Shown: piece by piece, positions 1-11,778 of the stretch
How positions within the stretch are numbered: the stretch's first letter is position 1
Layout of the letters: the number at the start of each line of letters is the position of its first letter
Assembly: GCF_006345805.1 (NCBI RefSeq)
Contig: NC_043007.1
Span: 22,134,001-22,198,000 of the forward strand
Origin: Octopus sinensis
Lineage: Eukaryota
Length of the DNA stretch: 64,000 nt
Reading direction: 5' to 3'
The notes under the pieces: generated by a model
Seen by the model: the letters and a program-made list of their open reading frames with translations, nothing else
Database searches by the model: none
What the model was told of the DNA's origin: nothing
Position numbers and translations under genes: made by a program

Positions 1-286
1 GTGACTGACCAGGCTATCAGATGTTGCTACATATCGCTGGTCACAATGTGCTTCGCTTTGTTTTAGCCTCCAAATGACGCCACCCCGCTGGCTAAGCAAG
101 CAGGCCAACAGAAGAAAGTTGTGGTGAAAGAGTACAGCAGGGATCGCCATGACCCCCTGCCAGAGCCTCGTGGAGCTTTTTAGGTGTTTTCGCTCAATAA
201 ACACTCACAACACCCGGTCTGGGAATCGAAACCGCGATCCTACGACCGCGAGTCTGCTGCCCTAACCACTGGGTCATTGCGCCTCC
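1..286 (-). mobile_element. tRNA-headed SINE, family C (runs off window start)
   Basis: Minus strand begins GGAGGCGCAATGACCCAGTGGTTAGGGCAG...GGTTTCGATTCCC (A/B-box-like). Related copies at 9469-9772 and about 37770-38066. Confidence 0.8.
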
Positions 287-1017
287 ACATACACACATAT
301 GCACACAAAAACATACACATGGAAAGATAATTAGTGAGCAAGTGCAAGAGAGGGGGAAGAAGGAGAGAGAGAGAGAGACATTACAATTTATTAATTATTA
401 ATTGAACACAACTGACATAAACACCTCCCCCTCTCCTTGTACATAAAGAAAAATATGCTCACAGAGAGAAGGAGAGAGAATGTGAGCAACATGAGAATAG
501 AAACACCAGAATGAGAAAAGCCTCAGTCTCAAATCAGCCAAGCCAAATAGGAAGTGCCTAAAGGGCTGTGCCGAAATGTCCCGTAATCCCTAATAAAACT
601 TTGCGTCTGTGTAAGAAATTAATTAATCATCAAACTCACCTTAAAATTTTAGTATGATGGGGAAGAGGAATTGAAGTTGAAAATGACTAAATCTTGTCAT
701 CTGCTTCTTAGATGCAGTGGAGATTTAAAAAAAAAAAGTAAAAGTAAAAAAAAAAACCCCAAAACAAAAACTTTAAACAATAGAAAAATTATATTTCTAG
801 TAATTTATTAACTACAAATATTTTTCTATACATGTTTTAATACGCAAGATTTTTGAAGTGAAAAATTGATTTTAAGTTTTTTTAAAATTTTGTTGAATTT
901 TAAAATTATTTGATTACATCATGTATATCTATTTATTAGGATGCTTATTGTTTATTGATATTTATAGTTAATTTTTCAAGACACTTTGTCCTTGTATTAT
1001 TTAATATTAATAATATA

Positions 1018-1048
<31 letters not shown>

Positions 1049-1062
1049 TATATATATATGAA

Positions 1063-1341
1063 TATAAATTAGGGTATCTACGAGATACCACCATGCTCTG
1101 ACTCTAAAATCACCTTAATTGTCCATATATCAACACGGAGACAAAACAAAGACACAAGATGAAACTAGTAAAAAATTACTGGATAATTCTAGATCCCGGG
1201 TTTCTGACTTTGCAATTTTTTACTAGTTTCATCTTGTGTCTTTGTTTTGTCTCCGTGTTGATATATGGATAATTAAGGTGGTTTTAGAGTCATGGCTGCT
1301 ATTTTCAGCATGGTGGTATCTCGTAGATGCCCTAATTTATA
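1063..1341. mobile_element. Foldback / MITE-like inverted repeat
   Basis: TATAAATTAGGGTATCTACGAGATACCACCATGC...ACTAGTAAAAAATT is mirrored by AATTTTTTACTAGT...GCATGGTGGTATCTCGTAGATGCCCTAATTTATA. Arms about 110 bp. Confidence 0.8.
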
Positions 1342-1833
1342 ATTTTAATAATTATTACCTTTGAAGGTTATTTTTTCCATGCTGACCACTTGATAAAATC
1401 GTTATTTTATGTTTAAATTAACGATCTTATCCTTATTTATATAAATATATGTATATATTCTTTTATTTTACTGCTTTAAGACAATGGACTGTGACAAGGC
1501 TGGTGGGGCACTACCTTCAGGGGTTTCAGCAATAATATCGACCCCAGTACATGTTTCAATCAGATATTTATTGCATTGATTTCTATTTGTCAAACTGCTA
1601 TGTTACAGGACATAAAACATGCTCTAGCATAAACTACCCCAGCTTTTAGATTGTAAACACAAATATGGATACAGGTGCACGCACACACATATATGTATGG
1701 TATGTATATATGTGTATGAAACCTGGATTAACAATAGATCAAATCATCAGGTTTGTTCCGTTCCTTTCCTTCAGTGTGTAGACCTAATGTATGTGCGTGT
1801 TTATATATATGCATATATTCATATTCCATAACT

Positions 1834-1923
1834 GCCATCTCTGAAGAGTACAGGATTACATCATCAAGCTGTTATCTAACACTCAGTTCAATCCTTAGTG
1901 CGAAACTGACTAGTAAGATTGGC
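1834..1923 (+). ncRNA. Type I hammerhead ribozyme motif
   Basis: Stem I GCCATCT/AGAT(T)GGC; core CTGAAGA 1841-1847; stem II GTAC-AGGATT/AATCCT-(TA)-GTGC; GAAA 1902-1905; stem III ACT/AGT with GACT loop; cleavage triplet GTA 1913-1915. Confidence 0.75.
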
Positions 1924-2185
1924 CATAATGAATATATAATATTTAACACTTCAAATTATATATATACATACACAAACTTATGTTTTCATATTTAGTGTTG
2001 AAAAGAGGAGTACAAGAAACAATAGTAGAGATTAATAAAGTTTTATTTTGGTCAAGTCAGTCATTTCTTACTCCGAGTTTTCACTGTAGGTGCACAGTTT
2101 TCACTGTAGGTAACTTGCCTGAAGATAATGTGCAGTGTAACACCCACACACACAGCAGACTGACATGACCAAAATATAATTTTAC

Positions 2186-2187
2186 AT

Positions 2188-2220
<33 letters not shown>

Positions 2221-2425
2221 GTATATATATATGTGTATGTATGTATATATGTATGTATATATATATGTATGTATGTATCTATGTGTATGTATGTATGCAT
2301 ATATGTGTATGTATGTATGCATATATGTGTATGTATGTATATATATGTATGTATGTATATATATGTATGTATGCATATATATATAGGTGTATGTATGTAT
2401 GTATATATATACATATATGTATATA
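2186..2425. repeat. (TA)n/(TATG)n compound microsatellite
   Basis: Direct reading. Similar arrays at 2725-2775, 3036-3285, 3750-4117 and 31050-31250. Confidence 0.95.
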
Positions 2426-2729
2426 TCTTTAATTTTGTATTATTTTTTTCTTGTATGTATTTTTTGTGCAGTTCCTTGTTACGTCCCTTTTTGTGTTACA
2501 TTTTTTCTCGCTCGTTTACCCCTCTATGAGTTTATTTTATTTTAATTCTCTCGTAGGAAGGCCTAGCTTGACCTTACGTGTTCTGTCTTGCCTTCGAAAC
2601 ACGTGTCTGCTAGCGACAGCTGATGAAGGGGATTTTTCCTTGTGTAGCATGTCCTGTACTTCGTTTTTCTGCTACACATAATTGTTTACATATATGTTTG
2701 TATGTATGCATATATTTTATTTATTACAC

Positions 2730-2761
<32 letters not shown>

Positions 2762-2786
2762 TATATATATATATAAATAATAATAA

Positions 2787-3033
2787 ATGCGCCCTTTTAA
2801 AGCCTAGCCAGGCTCATGGGCCCAGTTTCCCGGTTTCTGTGGTGTATGTGTTCCCCAGCTGGATGGGACGCCAGTACTTCACAGCGTTACTCATTTTTGC
2901 CAGCTGAGTGGACTGGAGCAATGTGAAATGAAGTGTTTTGCTAAAGAACACAACATGACGCCTGGTCCCGGAATCGAAACCACAATCTTACGCTCATGAT
3001 GCTGACACCCTAACCACTAAGCCACGCGCCTCA
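2787..3033 (-). mobile_element. tRNA-headed SINE, family D
   Basis: Minus strand GAGGCGCGTGGCTTAGTGGTTAGGGTG...GGTTTCGATTCC, then TTGTGTTCTTTAGCAAAACAC. Near-identical copies at about 41372-41567 and 41576-41815. Confidence 0.8.
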
Positions 3034-3285
3034 ACATATGTGTATGTATATATATCTATATACAAAAATATATATGTATATATATATATATATCTATGTA
3101 CACATGTATATATATATATATTTCTATATAGACATGTCTATATTATGGTATATATGTATATACATAAGTATGTATGTATATATATACACACAATGTATGT
3201 ATATATATATAAATATACACAAGTATATATATATGTGTATATATATCTATATATATATATATGTATAGTTATCTATATATATATG

Positions 3286-3698
3286 GGGGGGGGAGTAAGA
3301 AAAATCAACAAAAATACACATTGTAAATCAAAAAAAGTACAGGTTTTTTATGAAAAGTAACGAAAGATATACACAATTAGATGAACTGAGGTAGGAATAA
3401 AAGTCATTATTGTGAGATTATTATAGAGATTCAAGCCAACCGGTTTCGTAACTTACTAATCATTGCTTTGAATACTAATATTCATTGCTTTGGATGCACA
3501 CCGATTAATGGACGGTGTCAGGTCTAATAGTCCCTGAGAATGATTAGTAACTTACGAAACTGGTATGCTTGAATCTCTTTAACAATTCAAAATAATGACT
3601 TTTATTCCTACCTCAGTACATCTAATTGTGTATATCTTTCGTTACTTTTCATAAAAAACCTGTACTTTTTCTGATTTACAATGTTCTTACTTTCCCCT
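3286..3698. mobile_element. Foldback element with arms of about 150 bp
   Basis: CATTGTAAATCA...TTACTAATCATT (3319 onward) is mirrored by AATGATTAGTAA...TGATTTACAATG (to 3683). An outer GGGGAGTAAGAA/TTCTTACTTTCCCC match extends it. Confidence 0.8.
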
Positions 3699-3864
3699 TA
3701 CATTTCCACGTGTAGTTTCTATTTTCTTTTTGTAACATATTTCTATTATATATATACATACACACACACATATATATGTGTGTGTGTATGTATGTATGTA
3801 TATATATATGTATGTTTAGGTATGTGTATATATGTATGTATATATATATATATATATGTTTAGG

Positions 3865-3907
<43 letters not shown>

Positions 3908-3928
3908 TTATGTATGTTTAGGTATGTG

Positions 3929-3959
<31 letters not shown>

Positions 3960-4563
3960 TTATGTATGTTTAGGTATGAGTATATATATGTATATATATA
4001 TATATACATATGTATTTATTTGCATATATATATATGTATTTATTTGCATATATATATATGTATTTATTTGCATATATATATATGTATTTATATGTATATA
4101 TATATATGCATATATGATCACATAATGAAAGTAAGAAAAAGCGAATAGCTTCCCAATTTTATTGCTGCATTTAACTGCCTTATCCTTGTTCTCTAGCTTT
4201 AGTAGCTTCGCTTAGAGTACTAGCACTTTAACATCCTCCGTCCTACAGGTCAACTCATATCAACCTGTTGTTAATCATTTGTAGAAAGGAAATATAAATA
4301 CGTCAATGTTGTGACACAGTCATTGTAATGCTTGTATTTATGTATCCATTCCCCATTTTATTGTTTTTTTAAAGATATTTTGTTGTTTTTTTCTTAAAAA
4401 ACCCCAATATTGTTGTATTTTTACAAAACACTTTTTTTTTTATTATTTCATAAATCTAAACCTTATGTACAATTCATTTAATACTTTATAAATGGAATAA
4501 ATAAATGCATTCCTTTGATGTTGTTTGTTATTGTTTAATTGTTTATCACCAGTTTAGCTTTAA

Positions 4564-4945
4564 CTAGCAGTATCGCCCGGCGTTGCTTGGGTTTGTTTCG
4601 GCCCTTTAGAATTGGAATTTTTGAAAAGTAAAAATTTTGCATTATGTAGCTTGTTATTCTCTTTAAGTAAACATTTTTCTGGTTGAAATACACTGAAAAA
4701 TGGCGACACAGCAGTCAAAAAATCATTAAAAAATAGGGATTTTCATAGAAAAAAAAAAGCACCTTTTTGATGTTAACATGGTCCGATTTGAACTTTGTCT
4801 TCTACTGAAGGAAGAGCAAGCCTTCTTCTATCATACTCTCAATTTTGATCAACTTGTGCCGCAGGGTCTCGGAGGAGATAGTGTTAGTTGAAGGCTACCA
4901 AACCTGCCATACACAGACAACTTCAGCTTTATATATAGAGAGAGA
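4564..4945 (-). mobile_element. Non-autonomous Helitron-like element
   Basis: Minus strand 5' TCTCTCTCTATATATAAAGCTGAAG and 3' GCAACGCCGGGCGATACTGCTAG. Sits between A and T with no TSD. Copies at 16178-16574 and 47297-47695. Confidence 0.75.
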
Positions 4946-5267
4946 TTAAACAGAGCTATAATCAAAGCAATCCAGTCATGACAATCTTGTCCTATATTCC
5001 AGACTTCCAAGACTACATTATGTAAGTGTGTCCCCCTATGCACCCCTTCTTTTTTTTTTATTTGTTTGGTCTAGGGTTCAAATGGATTTTGCAAGCCCCA
5101 CCTCTGATTGCTGATATTGATGCACAGAATATTTTATTTCAAATCAACTGTTGTAAGAAACACATAAGCGAGGAGAGAATCCAGAGAAGCAATGAGTTGT
5201 CTCCATTTTGTCCCATTAATTTTTTTTTTCCTCTTCTTTTACCACTGCAGATGATTCCCATCCTTAA

Positions 5268-5660
5268 CCCTTTCATTACTGTATTTCTGTTGAGATGCTC
5301 TGTGTTTCTTTCAATTAATTTTAAATATAACAAAAAATTTAGTAAAATAACTTGGTTATCATCAAGCTAGTGTTAGGAACATAAATTGTGACTAAGAATT
5401 GGTGGAAGATTTTAGGCCATTTGAGATGCTCTGTGTTTCTTTCAGTTACTTTAAATATAACAAAGAATTTAGTAAAATAACTTAGTTATTATTCAGCTAG
5501 TGTTAGGAACATAAATTGTGTCTAAGGTTTGGTGGAAGATTTTAATTCAAAACTTATGAAAACAAAACATTTGTACTACAGAATCAGAGCCAGTTTCAGC
5601 CATTTGAGATGCTCTGAGTTTCTTTCAATTACTTTAAATATAACAAAGAATTTAGTAAAA
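5268..5660. mobile_element. piggyBac-like MITE with internal tandem subrepeats (one end seen)
   Basis: TTAA|CCCTTTC terminus. Internal block GAGATGCTCTGTGTTTCTTTC...GGAACATAAATTGTG is repeated. Inverted copy at 8311-8701 ends TAGGG|TTAA. Confidence 0.6.
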
Positions 5661-5958
5661 TAACTTAGTTATCATTATGCATTTTCATATATACAAAAAA
5701 AAAAAATACATGTGCATACACACACCCACACATACATACATTTATCTACATAACAGTCCACTAATATTCTAGTATATCTGTGTAACCAGTTTTAAGAATG
5801 GAACTTTTTGCACGAGGGGAGTAAAAAAACTTTTAAAAATATTTTTTGTTGTTTGATATATTATTTTATCTTAGTTTATTAGTTTTTTGGTAGCCTGACA
5901 CGCTTTGGAATATTTAGTCATTTATACTTACATTTTTTGATAGGCCATTCTATATATT

Positions 5959-6352
5959 TACTCTTTTACTTGTTCCAGTCATTTGACTGCAGCCATGCTG
6001 GAGCACCACCTTTAATCGAGCAACTCGACCCCGGGACTTATTCTTTGTAAGCCTAGTACTTATTCTATCGGTCTCTTTTTGCCGAACTGGTAAGTGATGG
6101 GGACGTAAACACACCAGCATTGGTTGTCAAGCAATGCTAGGGGGGCAAACAGACACACATACATATATATATATATATATACATATATACGACAGGCTTC
6201 TTTCAGTTTCCGTCTACCAAATCCACTCACAAGGCATTGGTCGGCCCGGGGCTATAGCAGAAGACACTTGCCCAAGATGCCACACAGTGGGACTGAACCC
6301 AGAACCATGTGGTTGGTTAGCAAGCTACTTACCACTCAGCCACTCCTGTGCC
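5959..6352 (-). mobile_element. tRNA-headed SINE, family A (most abundant; about 390 bp, AAAAGAGT tail)
   Basis: Head GGAGTGGCTG(T/A)GTGGTAAGTAGCTTG...GGTTCAGTCCC and a central TA/TG microsatellite. Other copies at 7044-7430, 20046-20441, 20787-21181, 26968-27380, 29025-29453, 35716-36105, 49640-50025, 53127-53530 and 61380-61765. Confidence 0.85.
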
Positions 6353-7559
6353 TTGTATTTGTATTTTATTTGCATATATATTCTTACCTACTGTGTTTTT
6401 ATGTATACATATATTTTATATATTTAGGAACCATGGTACTATTTATATATGATTAAATGTTTGAGGTATGGTGTTATTTATATATAAAGCTGAGATGACT
6501 CGAATTTGATGTTTGTTCTATGACCAATGTTTCTTTATATACATATTATACACTCACACACACACATTCTGGCAATCTCATTTTTCTGCTTAAGACAACA
6601 GTTGACACTTGGGCACCTCACCTCTCAAAAAAAAAAAAAAGAAAGAAAAAAAAGGACCTTCCAGCTACAAAGGTAGTCGACCTATTTTTAGCATTATCCC
6701 ACATAAAAGTGGAATGTTGGGGTTTTTTTTTTTTCACACTCTCTTGAATTACATTTAATGCTTACTATACAGAATTCGCCAAGACTCAAAACCAAATTAA
6801 AAGTATTTGTTTCATAAATGAATATCAGAAATTGACTGTGTTATTTAGTTATACATTCCACAAGGAGTCTCTCTAAGGCTGCTTGACCCCAATATCCTGC
6901 TCTTGACCCCAATATCCTGCCAACTTAAATAAGTTGTAGTCTTACATTCCCCTAAAAGGGAGATGTGATGCTCATAGCTTGAATGCTTTGAACATAGGTT
7001 TGTACAGTTAGGACTGGCCTAGGGTTATAAAAACACTATATGTACTCTTCACTCTTTTACTTGTTTCAGTCATTTGACTGTGGCCATGCAGGAGCACCGC
7101 CTTTAATCGAGCAACTCGACCCCGGGACATATTCTTTTGTAAGACCAGTACTCTTTTGCCGAACCGCTAAGTTACAGGGACGTAAACACACCAGCATCGG
7201 TTGTCAAGCGATGTTGGGGGGGACAAACACAGACACACAAACATATACACATATATATACATATATACGACGGGCTTCTTTCAGTTTCCGTCTACCAAAT
7301 CCACTCACAAGGCTTTGGTCGGCCCGAGGCTATAGTAGAAGACACTTATCCAAGGTGCCACGCAGTGGGACTGAACCCGGAACCATGTGGTTGGTAGACA
7401 AGCTACTTACTACACAGCCACTCCTGCGCCTATACGCCTACTACTTCCACAATATTAATTGTGTTTTCTTGCTTAAAAACGAAATATTTGAGGGATTGTG
7501 TTGATATAATGGTAACACATCTGTCATGATCACAGAAGAGGTTTCAAGTCCAATGAGTA

Positions 7560-7980
7560 ACCTTCAACATCTACAATGGAAGTTAATTTTTTGGCTCAAA
7601 AAGCAAAAAGCAAGGCCATGTAGGGGGACATGGAGTTATGTACAGGGTGGTGTTCATGCAAAGAGTTCAGGCCATTTCTGGTCAAGAGAGACTTTGAACC
7701 GAGCGGTCATCAGCATCTTCACCATCTCGTCCGGCAGCTTATTCCACACATTCGCAACCCAGACGGAGAAAGCCCCTCTCCTTCGATTGAGATGAAATCG
7801 TCGCAGATAGAGCTTTTCCGAGTGACCCTGTAGCCGATGCTCTGGAGCAGGAGTGAAGAACAGCTCTTTTGAGAGGTTACACTTTCCGTTTATGATGTTG
7901 TGAGCAAGAATGAGATCACCACGGCGTCGGCGTTTTTCTAAAGAATAAAGGTCGAGCTTCTGCCCCAGGATGGCTGAAAC
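7560..7980 (-). mobile_element. CR1-type LINE 3' fragment
   Basis: YSLEKRRRRGDLI...QGHSEKL...FSVWVANVWNKLP matches the CR1 ORF2 C-terminal motifs. Confidence 0.8.
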
Positions 7981-8879
7981 CAATAATAGAATAACATAAT
8001 AAAGTATACTACTCTAAGACATATATTCTATTATAATTCCAATGACATCTAGGATACACCAAAGCATAGGTTTTGTGTCTTAGACATATCCTCCATCCCT
8101 TGTTTTTCAAATTTCAGTCATTGAATAGATCCAAATAGGATTAAGTCTGAAGCAGCAGTTTTTTTCCTTCTGAACTGTTAATTTGTAATAAACCTAAAGC
8201 TGAGTATTTGGAAGATGTACATTGTATATTCTTTCTTTCTTTGGAAAATTTTCCCTTGAGATTTCAAATTCCACCTCTTAGAAACTAAGTGTTTAACCTC
8301 TTTGGCATTTAAGCCTTTCGTTACCAACCCAGCTGAAACCACTTCTGGCCCTGTAGTACAAATGTATTGTTTTCATAAGTTCTGAATTAAAATCTTCCAT
8401 CAAACCTTAGTCACAATTTATGTTCCTAACACTAACTTAATTTACTACATTCTTTGTTATATTTAAAATAATTGAAAGAAACACAGAGCATCTTAAATGG
8501 CTGAAACTGGCTCTGGCCCTGTAGTACAAATGTCTTGTTTTCCTAAGTTTTGAATTAAAATCTTCCATCAAACCTTAGTCACAATTTATGTTCCTAACAC
8601 TAGCTTAATGATAACTAAGTTATTTTACTAAATTCTTTGTTATATTTAAATTAACTGAAAGAAACACAGAGCATCTCAACAGAAATACAGTAATGATAGG
8701 GTTAAACAGGCCATATCCAGCCTCAATATTTTTCCTATTTTATGTTCAAACTGGCCATATCTGACCTCTCACAACTAGCCCATTCTAAAAATAAACATCA
8801 TTGAAATCTTGAAGCTACAAAGATAATGCATGATTAATTGAAAATAATGTGAATAAATAAATATTACATTTCTAGCCTT

Positions 8880-9210
8880 ACTGGCACTCAAGCCCCGTGC
8901 TAGTAGGGTATTAAGAGCACCATTCGAGTGTGATCATTACCAGCATCGCCTTACTGGCACCTGTGCTGGTGGCATGTGTAAAAGATTCGAGCGAGGTTGT
9001 TGCCAGTACTGCCTGACTGGCCCCGTGCTGGTGGCATGTAAAAGCACCCACTACACTCTCGGAGTGGTTGGCATTAGGAAGGGCATCAAGCTGTAGAAAC
9101 GCTGCCAGATCAAGATTGAAGCCTGGTGCAGCCATCAGGTTCACCAGTCCTCAGTCAAATTGTCCAACCCAAGCTAGAGGGGAAAGCGGATGTTAAATGA
9201 TGATGATGAT
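8880..9210 (+). mobile_element. RTE-LINE 3'UTR-derived repeat with (GAT)n tail, nested in a piggyBac-like MITE
   Basis: Same sequence as the 3' end of the RTE at 57457-59834. Further copies at 9997-10278, 24720-25035, 26360-26763, 29490-29790, 36225-36480, 37210-37400, 52163-52690, 54870-55090 and 63135-63332. Confidence 0.75.
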
Positions 9211-9468
9211 TTCACAGAGTAATCTGAATGTTAAAGGGTTAAGAATCACTGGTTTGCAAGAATTTGATGGCATACATGATGCACTTTTAAAAAAAAATAA
9301 AGATGTCTTGAAACATCACCCTGGATCCTACGTAAAGTCGGGCCTATATTACATGCTTTAATGTACCGAAACCTCTGTCCCTGAATATGTGCTGTTGAAA
9401 TTGGACTGTGTCTTTTATATCATCAAATAAGGCAATTAGAATTTTTTTTACTTATAGATAAAGCATGT

Positions 9469-9772
9469 GGAGGCACAATGGCCCAGTGGTTAGGGCAGAA
9501 GACTCGCGGTTGGAGGATCACGGTTTCGATTCCCAGACCTGACGTTGTGTGTGTTTATTGAGCGAAAACACCTAAAAAGCTCCATGAAGCTCCGGCAGGG
9601 GGTGGTGGCGACCCCTGTTGTACTCTTTCGCCACAACTTTCTCTCACTCTCTCTTCCTGTTTCTTGAGTAACACTGTGATGGACTGGCATCCTGTCCAGC
9701 TGGGAGGAACACATACATCACAGAAACCGGGAAACCAGGCCCACGAGCCTGGCTAGGCTTGAAAAGGGCAAC
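9469..9772 (+). mobile_element. Chimeric SINE: family C head with family D tail
   Basis: Head matches 1-286. Tail GATGGACTGGCATCCTGTCCAGCTGG...GAGCCTGGCTAGGCT matches 2787-2880. Confidence 0.7.
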
Positions 9773-10648
9773 GTTTTTTTTTTATACATAAAGCATATTG
9801 TAAAATTTGCTTAGAAGGTTGCTCAAAGATCTTTTATGCAACCATAAGCAATAATTGTCCAAACCCTAAAATGAAAGCAAATTTATCCCTTTGGCATTCA
9901 GATTAACCAATCAAATGCATCGCTTATTCATTCACACTGTTTTGAATTAATCATGCATTATTTTGAAGCTTTGAAATTTTGATATGATTATTTATTTGTT
10001 GCCAGCACCGCCCTGACTGGCCTCCGTGCCGGTGGCACGTAAAAAGCACCACCCGATCGTGGCCGTTTTGCTAGCCTCTTCTGGCACCTGTGCAGGTGGC
10101 ACATAAAAAGCACCCACTACACTCTCAGAGTGGTTGGCGTTAGGAAGGGCATCAAGCTGTAGAAACACTGCCAGATCAGACTGGGCCTGGCGCAGCCTTC
10201 TGGCTTCCCAGACCCCAGTTGAACCGTCCAACCCATGCTAGCATGGAAAACGGACGTTAAACGATGATGATGATGATACTGTACTGGTCCGAACATATAA
10301 TTAGTAGAAGACTTGGGTTGGATATGGCCGGTTTAGATACAAAAGGGCTAAAATTTTATGAAAAACAAAACCAACCAAAACCGTATGGTGAGACAAAAAT
10401 GAAATAATGTCAAACTGTGAACACGGGTACTTGTAGCTCTTTTTCCCGGGTACTTGTAGCAAACTTCTCTTTTTCTTTCAGGCTTGGCAACAGGTGAAGC
10501 CTGGCAACAGGAATGGCATCCAGCTGTAGAAAATCTGCCTCATCAAATTCCGTTTGACCAACAAACATCAAAGAGTGGACATTAAGTGATGATGATGATG
10601 ATGCAGTATAACCCAAGACATTATTCAATGTGTCCTTTTCTCTAAGAC

Positions 10649-11326
10649 AATAAAACGTGATTTGAGGGAAATGTGACTACTATTTCTAGCAGGTTGAGTA
10701 ACAATGTAAAGGTTCATAGCTGCTAGAATACCAAACAATCAGTACAAGCATGAGCTAGAGGAGGACTCTAAGTGGTCACTCAACCTGCTAGAAATAGCAG
10801 CTAAACCCTCTTCAAATTATATCTCACCCACTTTAAAAATTTGTGCACAATGGATAAAGCAGTTTTAGATATATGACCATTCCGAAATACAACAATAAAA
10901 CGTGATTTGAGGGAAATGTGACTACTATTTCTAGCAGGTTGAGTAACAAAGTAAAGGTTCATAGCTGCTAGAACACCAAACAATCAGTACAAGCATGAGC
11001 TAGAGGCGGACTCTAGGTGGTCACTCAACCTGCTATAAATAGCAGCTAAACCCTCTTCAAAAAATTGTGCACAATGGATAAAGCAGTTTTAGATATATGA
11101 CCATTCCGAAATACAACAATAAAACGTGATTTGAGGGAAATGTGACTACTATTTCTAGCAGGTTGAGTAAGCTGCTAGAACACCAAACAATCAGTACAAG
11201 CATGAGCTAGAGGTGGACTCTAAGTGGTCACTCAACCTGCTAGAAATAGCAGCTAAACCCTCTTCAAATGATATATCTCACCCACTTTAAAAAGTTGTGC
11301 ACAATGGATAAAGCAGTTTTAGATAT
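10649..11326. repeat. Head-to-tail trimer of a 224-245 bp unit carrying an internal inverted repeat
   Basis: Units start AATAAAACGTG at 10649, 10894 and 11118. Each contains CTATTTCTAGCAGGTTGAGT...ACTCAACCTGCTA(G/T)AAATAG. Confidence 0.9.
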
Positions 11327-11778
11327 ACAAAAAGACAGAGTGGTCATACTTGGAATGGCTTCGTTCATAGACTTGCTCAATCAGGACGAATGTGAGGGTG
11401 AATGACAACAATTACAAACACAATCATAAAACAGTTTTTACTTTACAAAATGCAGTTGTTTTATGTAAAAGTAATACTAAAATGTTAGACAATGGATTTC
11501 AAAGTGAGATGTCTTGTACTTGAATATTAGACAACTCTGAGCAACTTGGTTAATTAAAAATTTACACTTTAGAATATATTTTTGTTCTTAAAAAACGTCT
11601 TAACCCTGATACTGCACGAATCAGATATATCCATTCAAAATTTCATTACCCTTAACTGCAGAAAGCAGTTTTGTATACCAATTATCATTAGTAGGGGAAT
11701 GTTGTATATTTGAAACTAATTTTTGTTGGGAATTGTCAAATTTATAAAGGCAATATGACTTGCAGAAAACCAATTCTA

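Noticed and set aside
2182-4148. Many Y/I/C/M/V/H-rich ORFs
   Set aside because: They are translations of (TA)n/(TATG)n microsatellites.
6124-6456. Recurrent ORFs with FRLPNPLTRLWSARGYSRRHL
   Set aside because: This is the antisense frame of SINE family A. It recurs because the SINE recurs.
10649-11326. Possible CRISPR-like repeat array
   Set aside because: Whole units repeat with no unique spacers, the context is eukaryotic and there are no cas genes. The same applies to 59100-59640.
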